Positions 47,562-55,787 of a stretch of DNA of 64,000 nt are shown here, piece by piece. The stretch lies in assembly GCA_965248925.1 (NCBI GenBank), contig CBDFLE010000006.1:3968001-4032000 (forward strand). The letters run 5' to 3'. The DNA is from Candidatus Multivoradales bacterium. Lineage in GTDB: Bacteria > Acidobacteriota > Thermoanaerobaculia > Multivoradales > J023. The notes beneath the pieces were generated by a model. It was given only the letters and a program-made list of their open reading frames with translations. It was not told the DNA's origin and made no database searches. Numbering within the stretch: the stretch's first letter is position 1; each line of letters begins with the position of its first letter. A program made the position numbers and the translations under genes.

Positions 47562-47975
47562 ATGGCGAGTCCAAGCCACGAGCTGCGAGATATGAGTGCT
47601 GACCGACCAGATCCCGAGGTAACTGAGAAGGCGAAGCGGCGGCGGTACAGCGCGTCGTACAAGCTGAGCATCGTCCAGGCCGCCGACGCCTGTAGCAAAG
47701 CCGGCGAGATTGGCGCCCTGCTTCGCCGGGAGGGTCTGTATTCCTCACTCCTATCGAAGTGGCGCCAGCAACGCGATGCCAGTGCTCTGGCCGGTCTGTC
47801 GAAGAAGCGCGGTCGCAAGCGTCGACCGGTCTCTGCCGAGGCCCGCCGCGTCGCGGAGCTTGAGCGTGAGAATGCCCGGCTCAAGCATCAGCTGTACAAA
47901 GCCGAGACGATCATCGATGTCCAAAAAAAACTTTCCCGGCTGCTAGGGATCGAGCCGAGCGAGAGCCAGCCATGA
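47562..47975 (+). CDS. IS3-family OrfA
   Basis: RRRYSASYK..GEIGALLRREGLYSS..W; coiled coil ELERENARL; A8 run at 47923-47930. Confidence 0.88.
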   Translation: MASPSHELRDMSADRPDPEVTEKAKRRRYSASYKLSIVQAADACSKAGEIGALLRREGLYSSLLSKWRQQRDASALAGLSKKRGRKRRPVSAEARRVAELERENARLKHQLYKAETIIDVQKKLSRLLGIEPSESQP

Positions 47976-49093
47976 GCGCTGTGGCGCCGCTGGCCGAGAC
48001 GGTGGGGGTGCAAGCAGCCTGCGTCGCCTTGGCGGTCCCCAGAGCCACTTTCTATCGCCGCCGTCGGCAGCAGAGCGCAGGGCCGCAGCTATCAACGCGG
48101 CCTCGACCGCCGCTGGCATTGACGCCCGCTGAACGCCAGGAGGTCCTCGATGTGTTGCACTCGGAGCGCTTCGTCGACCGCTCGCCGCGTCAAGTCTGGG
48201 CGGCGCTGCTGGACGAGGATCAGCGCCATATCTGCTCGGTGCGCACCATGTACCGGGTCCTGGAGTCTGAGGGCGAGCTGCGCGAGCGACGCCGTCAGCG
48301 GCGTCATCCCAACTACACCAAGCCCGAACTGCTGGCCACAGGGCCGAACGAGGTGTGGTCGTGGGACATCACCAAGCTCAAGGGCCCGGTGAAGTGGACC
48401 CACTACTACCTTTACGTAATTCTGGACGTCTTCAGCCGCTACATCGTCGGCTGGATGCTCGCCTGCCGCGAGTCCGGAGGGCTCGCGAAGCGGTTGATCG
48501 CCGACAGTGTTGAGAAGCAAGGTGTTGAGCGAGATCGACTTACCTTGCACTCGGACCGCGGTTCGAGCATGACATCCAAGCCAGTGGCTCTACTGCTGGC
48601 CGATCTCGGGATGACACGGTCGCTGAACCGGCCCTACACGAGCAACGACAATCCGTTCTCTGAGGCCCAGTTCAAGACGCTCAAGTACCATCCGAGCTTT
48701 CCCGACCGCTTCGGATCACTGGAAGATGCACGAGCATTCTGCCGCTCGTTCATCGGCTGGTACAACACGCAGCACTACCACACAGGACTCGGCTTGTTGA
48801 CGCCAGAGACCGTCCACTACGGCCTCACGGCCTCAGTACTGGAGCAACGTCGAGAAGTCCTCGCCGCCGCCTCAGCCGCTCATCCAAGCCGCTTCAAGCG
48901 GCGAGCGCCGGCTTTGCCGGAGCCCAGTGACAAGGTCTGGATCAACCCGCCGACCACCGCCGCCAGCACTGACCCAGTCGATACCGAGAACGTAGTGACA
49001 CACCGCGTACACAACGACGCACCAGGCGAGACCCCTGGCTGCGCGCCCTCGCTGAAAGCGATGGTGCCGGAGCCACTACCGATTCCGTACTAA
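47972..49093 (+). CDS. IS3-family OrfB (DDE transposase)
   Basis: WSWDITKL, LDVFSRY, LHSDRG, DNPFSEAQFKTLK; lies in the -1 frame to orfA with an ATGA overlap. Confidence 0.92.
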   Translation: MSAVAPLAETVGVQAACVALAVPRATFYRRRRQQSAGPQLSTRPRPPLALTPAERQEVLDVLHSERFVDRSPRQVWAALLDEDQRHICSVRTMYRVLESEGELRERRRQRRHPNYTKPELLATGPNEVWSWDITKLKGPVKWTHYYLYVILDVFSRYIVGWMLACRESGGLAKRLIADSVEKQGVERDRLTLHSDRGSSMTSKPVALLLADLGMTRSLNRPYTSNDNPFSEAQFKTLKYHPSFPDRFGSLEDARAFCRSFIGWYNTQHYHTGLGLLTPETVHYGLTASVLEQRREVLAAASAAHPSRFKRRAPALPEPSDKVWINPPTTAASTDPVDTENVVTHRVHNDAPGETPGCAPSLKAMVPEPLPIPY

Positions 49094-49268
49094 TTCCCAG
49101 AAGAAAGTGTCTCACTTTCATTGACACATTCCGCGATAAGAGCGCCCATCGACGAGAGAGTGAGTTTTCCAGAGCTGAGAATCAGCGGCCGTAGTGGATG
49201 TTGCCGAGGTGGGTGGCACGCCTGTTGGGGTGGGTGAGCAGGAGGTTCCCAATCTGCTCACCCAAAGC

Positions 49269-49391
49269 GAAATGGTCGAACGGTGGATGACTCTCGACGC
49301 TTTGGCGACGAGCGACCGGGACCGTATCCTCTACGTCGTCGACTCGCTCATTAGGGAAGCCAAGACCCGCCAGGCTTTCGGCGCCTCTTGA
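49269..49391 (+). pseudogene. C-terminal remnant of an XRE-type regulator (copy 1)
   Basis: LATSDRDRILYVVDSLIREAKTRQAFGAS*; HTH portion absent. Confidence 0.55.
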
Positions 49392-49492
49392 TCCAATATA
49401 GACGGAAACCCGGCTCTCACCGGGCTCGATCAATACAGCTCGCTGATTTCAGTTGGCTTGCAGCGAAACGCCTTCTGGCACCTCCGCAGCAG

Positions 49493-49546
49493 GCCGATGG
49501 ACTTATCCGAGACGCACGTACCCGGCAGTCCTACGCCGCTACTTGA
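49493..49546 (+). pseudogene. C-terminal remnant of the same regulator family (copy 2)
   Basis: Translates as ADGLIRDARTRQSYAAT*, aligning to copy 1. Confidence 0.55.
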
Positions 49547-49558
49547 GCCCAGATGCAC

Positions 49559-49584
49559 GAAAGCCCGGCATCAGCCGGGCTTTC
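49559..49584. terminator. Terminator-like hairpin
   Basis: GAAAGCCCGGC-ATCA-GCCGGGCTTTC, perfect 11-bp stem. Confidence 0.7.
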
Positions 49585-49612
49585 TGCGAAACGGTTGGCA
49601 CCTGGCCGCTCA

Positions 49613-49685
49613 GAGCCCAGTCCAATAGTCCTGCACGCTGGGATCTGTGCGGGGACGGCCCGGCGACGGGCCGTCCTACCGCGAC
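49613..49685 (+). mobile_element. Group II intron 3' remnant (domains V-VI)
   Basis: GAGCCCAGT..GCACGCTGGGATC (AGC triad, AC bulge) then GTGCGG-GGACGGCCCG-GCGA-CGGGCCGTCC-TACCGCGAC ending in AC; no RT ORF. Confidence 0.75.
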
Positions 49686-49710
49686 CGCCTGTTGGGCGCC
49701 TGTTCAGCAG

Positions 49711-50007
49711 CTAGTCAAGTAACAGCGTTTTCGAGACAAGGTGTCTCCAATTCTTCCGATAGGCTCTTGCGAGGTTCCTTCCGCACCAAGGGCAAAACGA
49801 TATATGACTTTCTGTAACTAAAGCGATAGGAGTGGCTAGCAACGGGAGATCATCTTGGTCACGAGTGTCCACCGATCGGATTTGGAGAACGAATCTTGGC
49901 CTGTCGTATTCGGTGTCGCCTACAAGTACAGAAATACCTCGTTCCCCCTGCTGTTCGAAGCGCTCTTTGAACGACGCGCAGCACCACTTTCTTGGAGTTA
50001 ACATCAT
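49711..50007 (-). CDS. Putative immunity protein of the RHS toxin
   Basis: ATGA overlap with the RHS stop; low GC; 98 aa with CC..FCPWCG. Confidence 0.7.
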   Translation of the reverse strand: MMLTPRKWCCASFKERFEQQGERGISVLVGDTEYDRPRFVLQIRSVDTRDQDDLPLLATPIALVTESHISFCPWCGRNLARAYRKNWRHLVSKTLLLD

Positions 50008-53000
50008 CTTGGAAGTCTCTCAAGTTTCTTGAAGTGCCTGGCAAGTTCTGCTGTAGCTTCTTCCGAAAGTCGAAGCTCGCGGGCGGTCTTCCCGCCCATT
50101 TGAGTTGTACTCTCAGTTATGAAGTTCGCAAGACGTAGTTTCTTAACAAGAGCCGCCGGGAGTTTGGCTGCGAAGAGCTGTCCGCCACTTCTGGCTTTCG
50201 AAGCCAATTCCTTGGCCCCATCTCCTACAGCCACAGAAAGCGCTCTTCCTGCCTCAACTGGTCCGTCCAGCTTTGTGAACAGAATCACAGTAGATGCACC
50301 CGAACCTCCTGTAGTCAAATCGTCGGCAAATTCTGCGACAATAGCTGCAGCTGAGAGTTGGACGGATGGGTTGAGATAAACTGTAAGCGCTGCCTCTGCC
50401 AGATACGGTCCCGCAGTAGCTCCAGCGATAACGAACCCGGCTGCCACGAGCGCCCCCGTACCTCGAGCATTGATATTCTCGATGTACTGCTCTTGTGTGA
50501 TTTCTCCCTTCAGCATGCGCTGGATATCTTGTTCGAGCATTAGAGCTGCGCGGCTCTCCCGACCATCTGAGTCGATCTCGTTGATCGGATTGTTGGCCCC
50601 GTAGGTGTAGCGATTCCAACTTCCTGGTGCGCTGACCTTGGCGGACTTCGCCGGATCGACACTCAAGAACCGCCCCACTACCGGGCTGCAATGCCGAGCA
50701 TGCATGTAGTCCAGCTCGCTCCTCACCCCGGTGCCGGTCTTGTCCCGCTCATGACCGGTGAATTTCAGCTGAATCTCATCAGCCCCCGCGCTGGTCGCTT
50801 CCTGACCAAACGGGTAATAGTTGTGCAACGCCACCTGCTGACCACCGCGAGTGATCTGCCGGGGTGTGCCCAGGTGATCAAGATGGAGATGCGACGTCAT
50901 CTCGCCACCGCTACCCTCGGGCTCGATGGTGGCTAGCGGCTGCCCGCCGCGATGGACGTAGTCTCGACTCCAGCTGAAGGCGCCGCCAGCTGGCTGATCG
51001 TAGACCCGCAGGACCTCATTGCCGAGCCCGCGCAGGGTCCAGGTGAGGCTGGCGGGCTGGGTGGTGCAAGTGCTGGTGGCGCCGGGGCCGAAGCAGTCGA
51101 AGGTGAGGATCCGCTCGTCCTCTGCGTTGTAGATGAAGACCCGCGCTTGGTCGGTGTTTGAGCGCAGGTGCTTCATCATGTTGGCGCCATCGAAGGCGTA
51201 GTCGAAGCTCTCGCTGCCGAGGGTGATGTCGGTCAGATTGCCGGCAGCGTCGTACTGAGCGCCTGAGAGGCCGAGGCGGTTGGTGGTGGTGCTGGGGTTG
51301 AGGTTGAGAGCCACGAAACCGGGTGTCGACAGCTGCTGGATGTTGCCGAAATTGTCATAAGTCGCCGTCTGGGTGAACCGGGTGGCGCCGACGGAGGTTT
51401 GGCCGGAGCGTAATCGGCCGAGGCGGTCATAACGGTAGTCCAGGTTGCCGATGGCCGAGATATTGCCGGCTCCGTCGTAGGAGAAGTTGCCGCTGTTCCA
51501 GCCCGCGGAGGTGGTCAGCTGGTGCGGCCGGGCGAGGCCGTTGGAGCTGCTGACTTCCTGGGTGTCGACCACACCATCGCCGTGGGTGAGCTGGTGCAGC
51601 ATGCCACCGCTCTGGTAGGTGAGGTTGTTGGCGAAGCCGGGCACGGACCTGAGCATACCCTTCTCGTAGTTGAAATTCACCGTGCGCTGTGGATCGTTGG
51701 TGGCGCAGCCGCCGTCGGCGTGCTGACAGCTGGGGTAATCGAGCTGTGACAGATTGCCCTGGGTGTCGAAGGCGAAGCCGGTGGTGAAGGCGTAGTTGCC
51801 GGCGAAGAACTGGTAGCGAGTCTGCTTCTCCGACATCAGCCCCTGGCGACCGGTGTAGCGGAAGCTCTCGGAGAGCTTGACGTCGAGGGAGCCGGGCTCG
51901 GGGGCCAGGGGGCTCTGAATGTCGACCCAGTTGTGGCGCACGGTCTGCACCAGCTTGCCGGCCCGGTGGTCGCTGCCAGAGTTGGCGCGGGCGTAGCGGA
52001 ACTGCTTCTGCAAGCGCGGGGTGCTCCCCGCGCCATTGCTCGATTCGAGGACGCGGATCAACCGGCCGGCGGCGTCGAAATCGAAGCTCAGATCGAAGGC
52101 GGTACTGCCGATCAGATCTTTGGAGGTGGCGTTGCCGCCCGCGTCATAGCGGTAATCGATGCGGCCATTGCCCGAGGGGCCGATCTCGGGATGGGTCTCG
52201 GAGAGTAGGAAGCCGCGACCGTAATAGCTGAACAAGCGGGTCTGGCCGCAGGTCGAGCCGGCGAGGTTCTGGCACACTTTGGTCAGTCTGCCACCATCGT
52301 CATATGAGTAGCGAGTCAGCAGACCGCCACCGCCACAGCTCCCTGACCAGGGGGCGGAACTGCCCTCGCAGACCTCGGCCAGACGGCCCTGGCCGTCCAT
52401 GATCTCGGTGACGTGGGTGTCTTGCTGGCCACTGGTCAGCTGCACTTTGAAGCGCCGGGTCTGCACCCGGTCGCCTTGGTAGGTGAAGAAGGTCGCCGGC
52501 TGTTCTGGCGGCTTGACCCGGCCGGGGCGGCCGAAGCGATCGTAGGCGATGTAGGTCGTGCGCCGGCTCTCGCCGGCCGCGGAGGCGGTGGTCCACACCG
52601 ACTCGTCCGTCTTCCAGTGACGGGGGTTCCAGGTTGTGTAGCGATGCCAGAGCTCGGTCTGGCCAGCGTTGGCGACGGGGATGCGCACGGTCTGTTGCAG
52701 CCGCCGGCCGAGGCCGTCGTAGCGGTGCTCGCGGAAGCTCATCAGGTCGGTGCCGCTGCAGGAGGTCTGGAAGGGCTGGCACTGTTGCTCGGTGAGCTTG
52801 GGGGCAAGACCGGGGTTGGCGGTGGTGGGCAGGGTGTAGGTCCACTGGGTCCAGCCCAGCTCGGCCGGGCGCTGGCCGGTCAAGCGGCCTAGGCGATCGT
52901 AGGTAAAGCTGGTGCCCAGGCCCGCTGCGTCGCGGCTGGTGGCCACCAGGCCGGTGTCTGAGTCGATGTCGTAGTCGGCCAGGGTGAGGATCGCGGTGCC

Positions 53001-55052
53001 GGTGCAGTCCACCGCCGTCGACTTGCGCAGGCTGCCACTGGCGTAGACGTGGTCGGTGCGGTAGGTCGGGCCGGACAAGCTGAGGCTGCACAAGGAGCCG
53101 GTGCCGAGGTTCTGGGTGTCGCCGCCATAGACCCGCTGGCGGGTGACGAAGCCGTTGCTCGAGGTGAGGAGGCTCACCACGTCGCGGCTCTGGCGATTGC
53201 TACCGGCCAGCTGGCGGCGGCGTTCGAGGAAGCCGGTGGTGCTGTTGAAGCAGAACTCCGCTTTCTCGGTGGTCCCGCCTTCGCTCACCGACTGCTCGTC
53301 CCAGGTCTCCAAGATCCAGCGTGCGTTGTGGCTTGGCAGCACGAAATCGGTTGCCGGATCGATCGAGCTGTCGTCGGGGTTGGCGATGATGTAGGTGCCG
53401 CTGTTGGCGTTGTAGGTGGTGCTGCTGGTGCGCACGTCGGCGGCGCCGAAGCTGCCGCCGGTGGTCATGGTGCGGAAGTGGCCCAGGCCATCGAAGTCCG
53501 AGAAGGTGACTTCGCGGAACTTGCCGCCGTCGTCGTGGAAGGTCTCCTTGCGGTAGCGCAAGCGGTGGGCCTTCTCGTTGTAGTTGCCGGCGTCGCGGCC
53601 ATCGCTGTCGAACTCAACGAAGATCGAGCGGAGCTTGGTTCCGCCAGCGTTGAAGAGTTCTTGGGAAAGGAAGGGGCCGGCTTCTGAGAAGCTGCCACTG
53701 ATGGGATCGCAGTAGGTGTAGGGCAGGCCGTAGGACCAGCGATTGTTGGCGCCGACGGTGGAGAAATAGCTCACCGTTTCGAAGCCCAGCGGATCAGTCA
53801 CTTTCATCGAGTGGAAGCAGGGGTGGCCCAGCGGATCGCCGGGGGCTTGCGGGTTTGCGGTGTCGTAGCTGTAGTTCCAGGTGGCGTAGGGGGTGGTGTC
53901 GCCGTCGTCGAGGAAGAGATGTTTGCTCTTGACTCCCCGCGCCACCGTGCCCCAGTCAGGAGCATGGAAGAGGTCGGCCAGCTGGGTTTGGAAGGGGAAG
54001 AGCTGGTAGTCGTAGCCGTAGGCGCCGCCGGTGGGCAGGCGTAGCTTTGACAAGCCGCCCGAGAGCAGGTTGTCGACGGTCAGGTAGTCCATCTCGTAGA
54101 ACGAACCATCGGGCAGCACCACCCTGTCGAGCACCTGGGTATTGAGGGTGTGTTCGGCTATCGGCACGCCGCCGGGACGGAAGCCGAACTGCCGTTCGAG
54201 GGTCTCGGTGCGGTACTGAAAGAGGAAGGTCGAGTTGCTTTGGCTGCCGAAGGCTTCGAGCCTCACCGTAGCGACTCTGCCACCGACAAAATCCACCGTG
54301 TGAGTGCGCCCTTGGCTGTCGGTCAATGTCCAGTCGCCATCGTTGGCATAGCGCACATTGATCCAATTGCCGAAGCGATCCTCCATCCGCGTCAGGCGCC
54401 AGAGATCGCCGACTGAGGCGTAGTTATGGAACTCATGCAGCTCGCCGCCAGAAAATTCTACCGTGTAGCAGCTCTGATCGACAAAGGTGCCAGACGGCAG
54501 CTCGCACACCCCCGGATTGCGCTTGCGTAGACGGAGGTACGTGCTGTCGTTGGTGAACCAGGTGCTGGGCTGCGGTGTCGCCGGGAAGCCGCCGGGATGC
54601 AGCTCGGTATAAAACCTGTGCTCGCCGCCACTTGGATCGACGTAAATCTCAGGCGTTGTCGTCGGACTGTTACGTGGCGCGATCAGCTCTCCGAGGCTGA
54701 CTCTCCAGCCGAAGCCGGCCTGCGTCTTGAGATCCTGGATCGGCAGGCTGTAGGTACGCAGCGCGAAGGGTGGATTGATGTCTTGACATTGGTGATTCTC
54801 ATCGTACTCCCAGCCACCGGAGCTGTACGAGGCGGTCAGGCTGAAGCTCAGCGACGGGCCGACGGGGTAGGTGATGCCGATCGGCAGAGATACCGTTAGG
54901 CTGCCGTTGAAAAGATTTATCTGATCCAGGTCGCCGATTTGGTAGGCAGTGTCGGCGGTCACTCCGCGCTGATGGCTTGGGGGGAGTTGTGCGGTCAGCG
55001 GCAGGGCGATGCAGAGGCCGAGAAGGATGAGGCTGAGAGGTCTAATTCGCAT
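50004..55052 (-). CDS. RHS/YD-repeat protein with Sec signal peptide and variable C-terminal domain
   Basis: YD repeats; DHLGTPR, YYPFG, FTGHERD, GRFLSVDP, WNRYTY..NNP..DSDGR core end; GC drops after ~50560. Confidence 0.93.
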   Translation of the reverse strand: MRIRPLSLILLGLCIALPLTAQLPPSHQRGVTADTAYQIGDLDQINLFNGSLTVSLPIGITYPVGPSLSFSLTASYSSGGWEYDENHQCQDINPPFALRTYSLPIQDLKTQAGFGWRVSLGELIAPRNSPTTTPEIYVDPSGGEHRFYTELHPGGFPATPQPSTWFTNDSTYLRLRKRNPGVCELPSGTFVDQSCYTVEFSGGELHEFHNYASVGDLWRLTRMEDRFGNWINVRYANDGDWTLTDSQGRTHTVDFVGGRVATVRLEAFGSQSNSTFLFQYRTETLERQFGFRPGGVPIAEHTLNTQVLDRVVLPDGSFYEMDYLTVDNLLSGGLSKLRLPTGGAYGYDYQLFPFQTQLADLFHAPDWGTVARGVKSKHLFLDDGDTTPYATWNYSYDTANPQAPGDPLGHPCFHSMKVTDPLGFETVSYFSTVGANNRWSYGLPYTYCDPISGSFSEAGPFLSQELFNAGGTKLRSIFVEFDSDGRDAGNYNEKAHRLRYRKETFHDDGGKFREVTFSDFDGLGHFRTMTTGGSFGAADVRTSSTTYNANSGTYIIANPDDSSIDPATDFVLPSHNARWILETWDEQSVSEGGTTEKAEFCFNSTTGFLERRRQLAGSNRQSRDVVSLLTSSNGFVTRQRVYGGDTQNLGTGSLCSLSLSGPTYRTDHVYASGSLRKSTAVDCTGTAILTLADYDIDSDTGLVATSRDAAGLGTSFTYDRLGRLTGQRPAELGWTQWTYTLPTTANPGLAPKLTEQQCQPFQTSCSGTDLMSFREHRYDGLGRRLQQTVRIPVANAGQTELWHRYTTWNPRHWKTDESVWTTASAAGESRRTTYIAYDRFGRPGRVKPPEQPATFFTYQGDRVQTRRFKVQLTSGQQDTHVTEIMDGQGRLAEVCEGSSAPWSGSCGGGGLLTRYSYDDGGRLTKVCQNLAGSTCGQTRLFSYYGRGFLLSETHPEIGPSGNGRIDYRYDAGGNATSKDLIGSTAFDLSFDFDAAGRLIRVLESSNGAGSTPRLQKQFRYARANSGSDHRAGKLVQTVRHNWVDIQSPLAPEPGSLDVKLSESFRYTGRQGLMSEKQTRYQFFAGNYAFTTGFAFDTQGNLSQLDYPSCQHADGGCATNDPQRTVNFNYEKGMLRSVPGFANNLTYQSGGMLHQLTHGDGVVDTQEVSSSNGLARPHQLTTSAGWNSGNFSYDGAGNISAIGNLDYRYDRLGRLRSGQTSVGATRFTQTATYDNFGNIQQLSTPGFVALNLNPSTTTNRLGLSGAQYDAAGNLTDITLGSESFDYAFDGANMMKHLRSNTDQARVFIYNAEDERILTFDCFGPGATSTCTTQPASLTWTLRGLGNEVLRVYDQPAGGAFSWSRDYVHRGGQPLATIEPEGSGGEMTSHLHLDHLGTPRQITRGGQQVALHNYYPFGQEATSAGADEIQLKFTGHERDKTGTGVRSELDYMHARHCSPVVGRFLSVDPAKSAKVSAPGSWNRYTYGANNPINEIDSDGRESRAALMLEQDIQRMLKGEITQEQYIENINARGTGALVAAGFVIAGATAGPYLAEAALTVYLNPSVQLSAAAIVAEFADDLTTGGSGASTVILFTKLDGPVEAGRALSVAVGDGAKELASKARSGGQLFAAKLPAALVKKLRLANFITESTTQMGGKTARELRLSEEATAELARHFKKLERLPR

Positions 55053-55064
55053 GATTGTTCTCCC

Positions 55065-55490
55065 CTAGCAGCTGGCGCTGGCGCAAGTTTCGGTCCACTG
55101 CGAGCTATTCCCGGTCTCGAAGCCGTCGGCAAATAAGGGTCCGTTCGGGGTCACCTCGATAGTGGCCGTGGCTACATTCTGCGACTCATCTTCGATTCGG
55201 TAGGTCACCGTGCAAGCCGTTCGCACCGCCGGGGTCGGGGTCAGCCGGACGACGTCAAAAAGCACCTCGAAGGTCAGTGGACAAGTGGTCGAGAGGACCG
55301 TCAGGCTGAGGGCCTCGCCGTCGGGCTCTTGGTCATTGGCCAGCACGTCGATCAGCACTGGAGTGGCGGCGAGCAGCACTTCGTCGTCGATGGCGATCGG
55401 ATTGTTGTCGCATTGAGCCAGGAGTGGGGCCGTGGCCAGGCAGGTCAGGAGCAGGAGGGGGGTAGTACTCAAGCGGACTCTTCGGCGCAT
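55065..55490 (-). CDS. Secreted Ig-like (Big_9/cadherin-like) protein with C-terminal FADGFE motif
   Basis: Signal ending LLA-Q; NNPIAIDD..IDVLANDQEPDG..TYRIED; LFADGFETGNSSQW; 12 bp upstream of the RHS gene. Confidence 0.82.
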   Translation of the reverse strand: MRRRVRLSTTPLLLLTCLATAPLLAQCDNNPIAIDDEVLLAATPVLIDVLANDQEPDGEALSLTVLSTTCPLTFEVLFDVVRLTPTPAVRTACTVTYRIEDESQNVATATIEVTPNGPLFADGFETGNSSQWTETCASASC

Positions 55491-55787
55491 CTCTTTACCC
55501 TCGGTTAGTTAGGTTGCGTATTTGTTTAGACTTTTCTGCCCGATGATTGGTTCCATGGCTCACCAAGAATCTTGGGCAGCAAGCTCTAGCACTGACTTTC
55601 ACTACTATTAGGCGTGTTGGAGGCTCAAACGTTACAAGGTTTTGTTTTGTTGTTTTTTCTGCGTGCTAGGCGTATGGCCTCGATGAACAGAAGAGCCGGT
55701 ACCAGCCTCAAGAAGTGTCGGGCATTTGCGTTGGGCGGGACGCGCTTCTCGCTACTGCCACTGCACAGTCCTTCTGCCTCGCCACTC

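Larger units (their letters stand above)
47498..49128 (+). mobile_element. IS3-family insertion sequence
   Basis: Inverted repeats TGTGCCAATGTAGGTGAGACACT (47498-47520) and AGTGTCTCACTTTCATTGACACA (49106-49128) match at 20/23 and give TG..CA ends; orfA and orfB inside; no target duplication seen. Confidence 0.88.
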
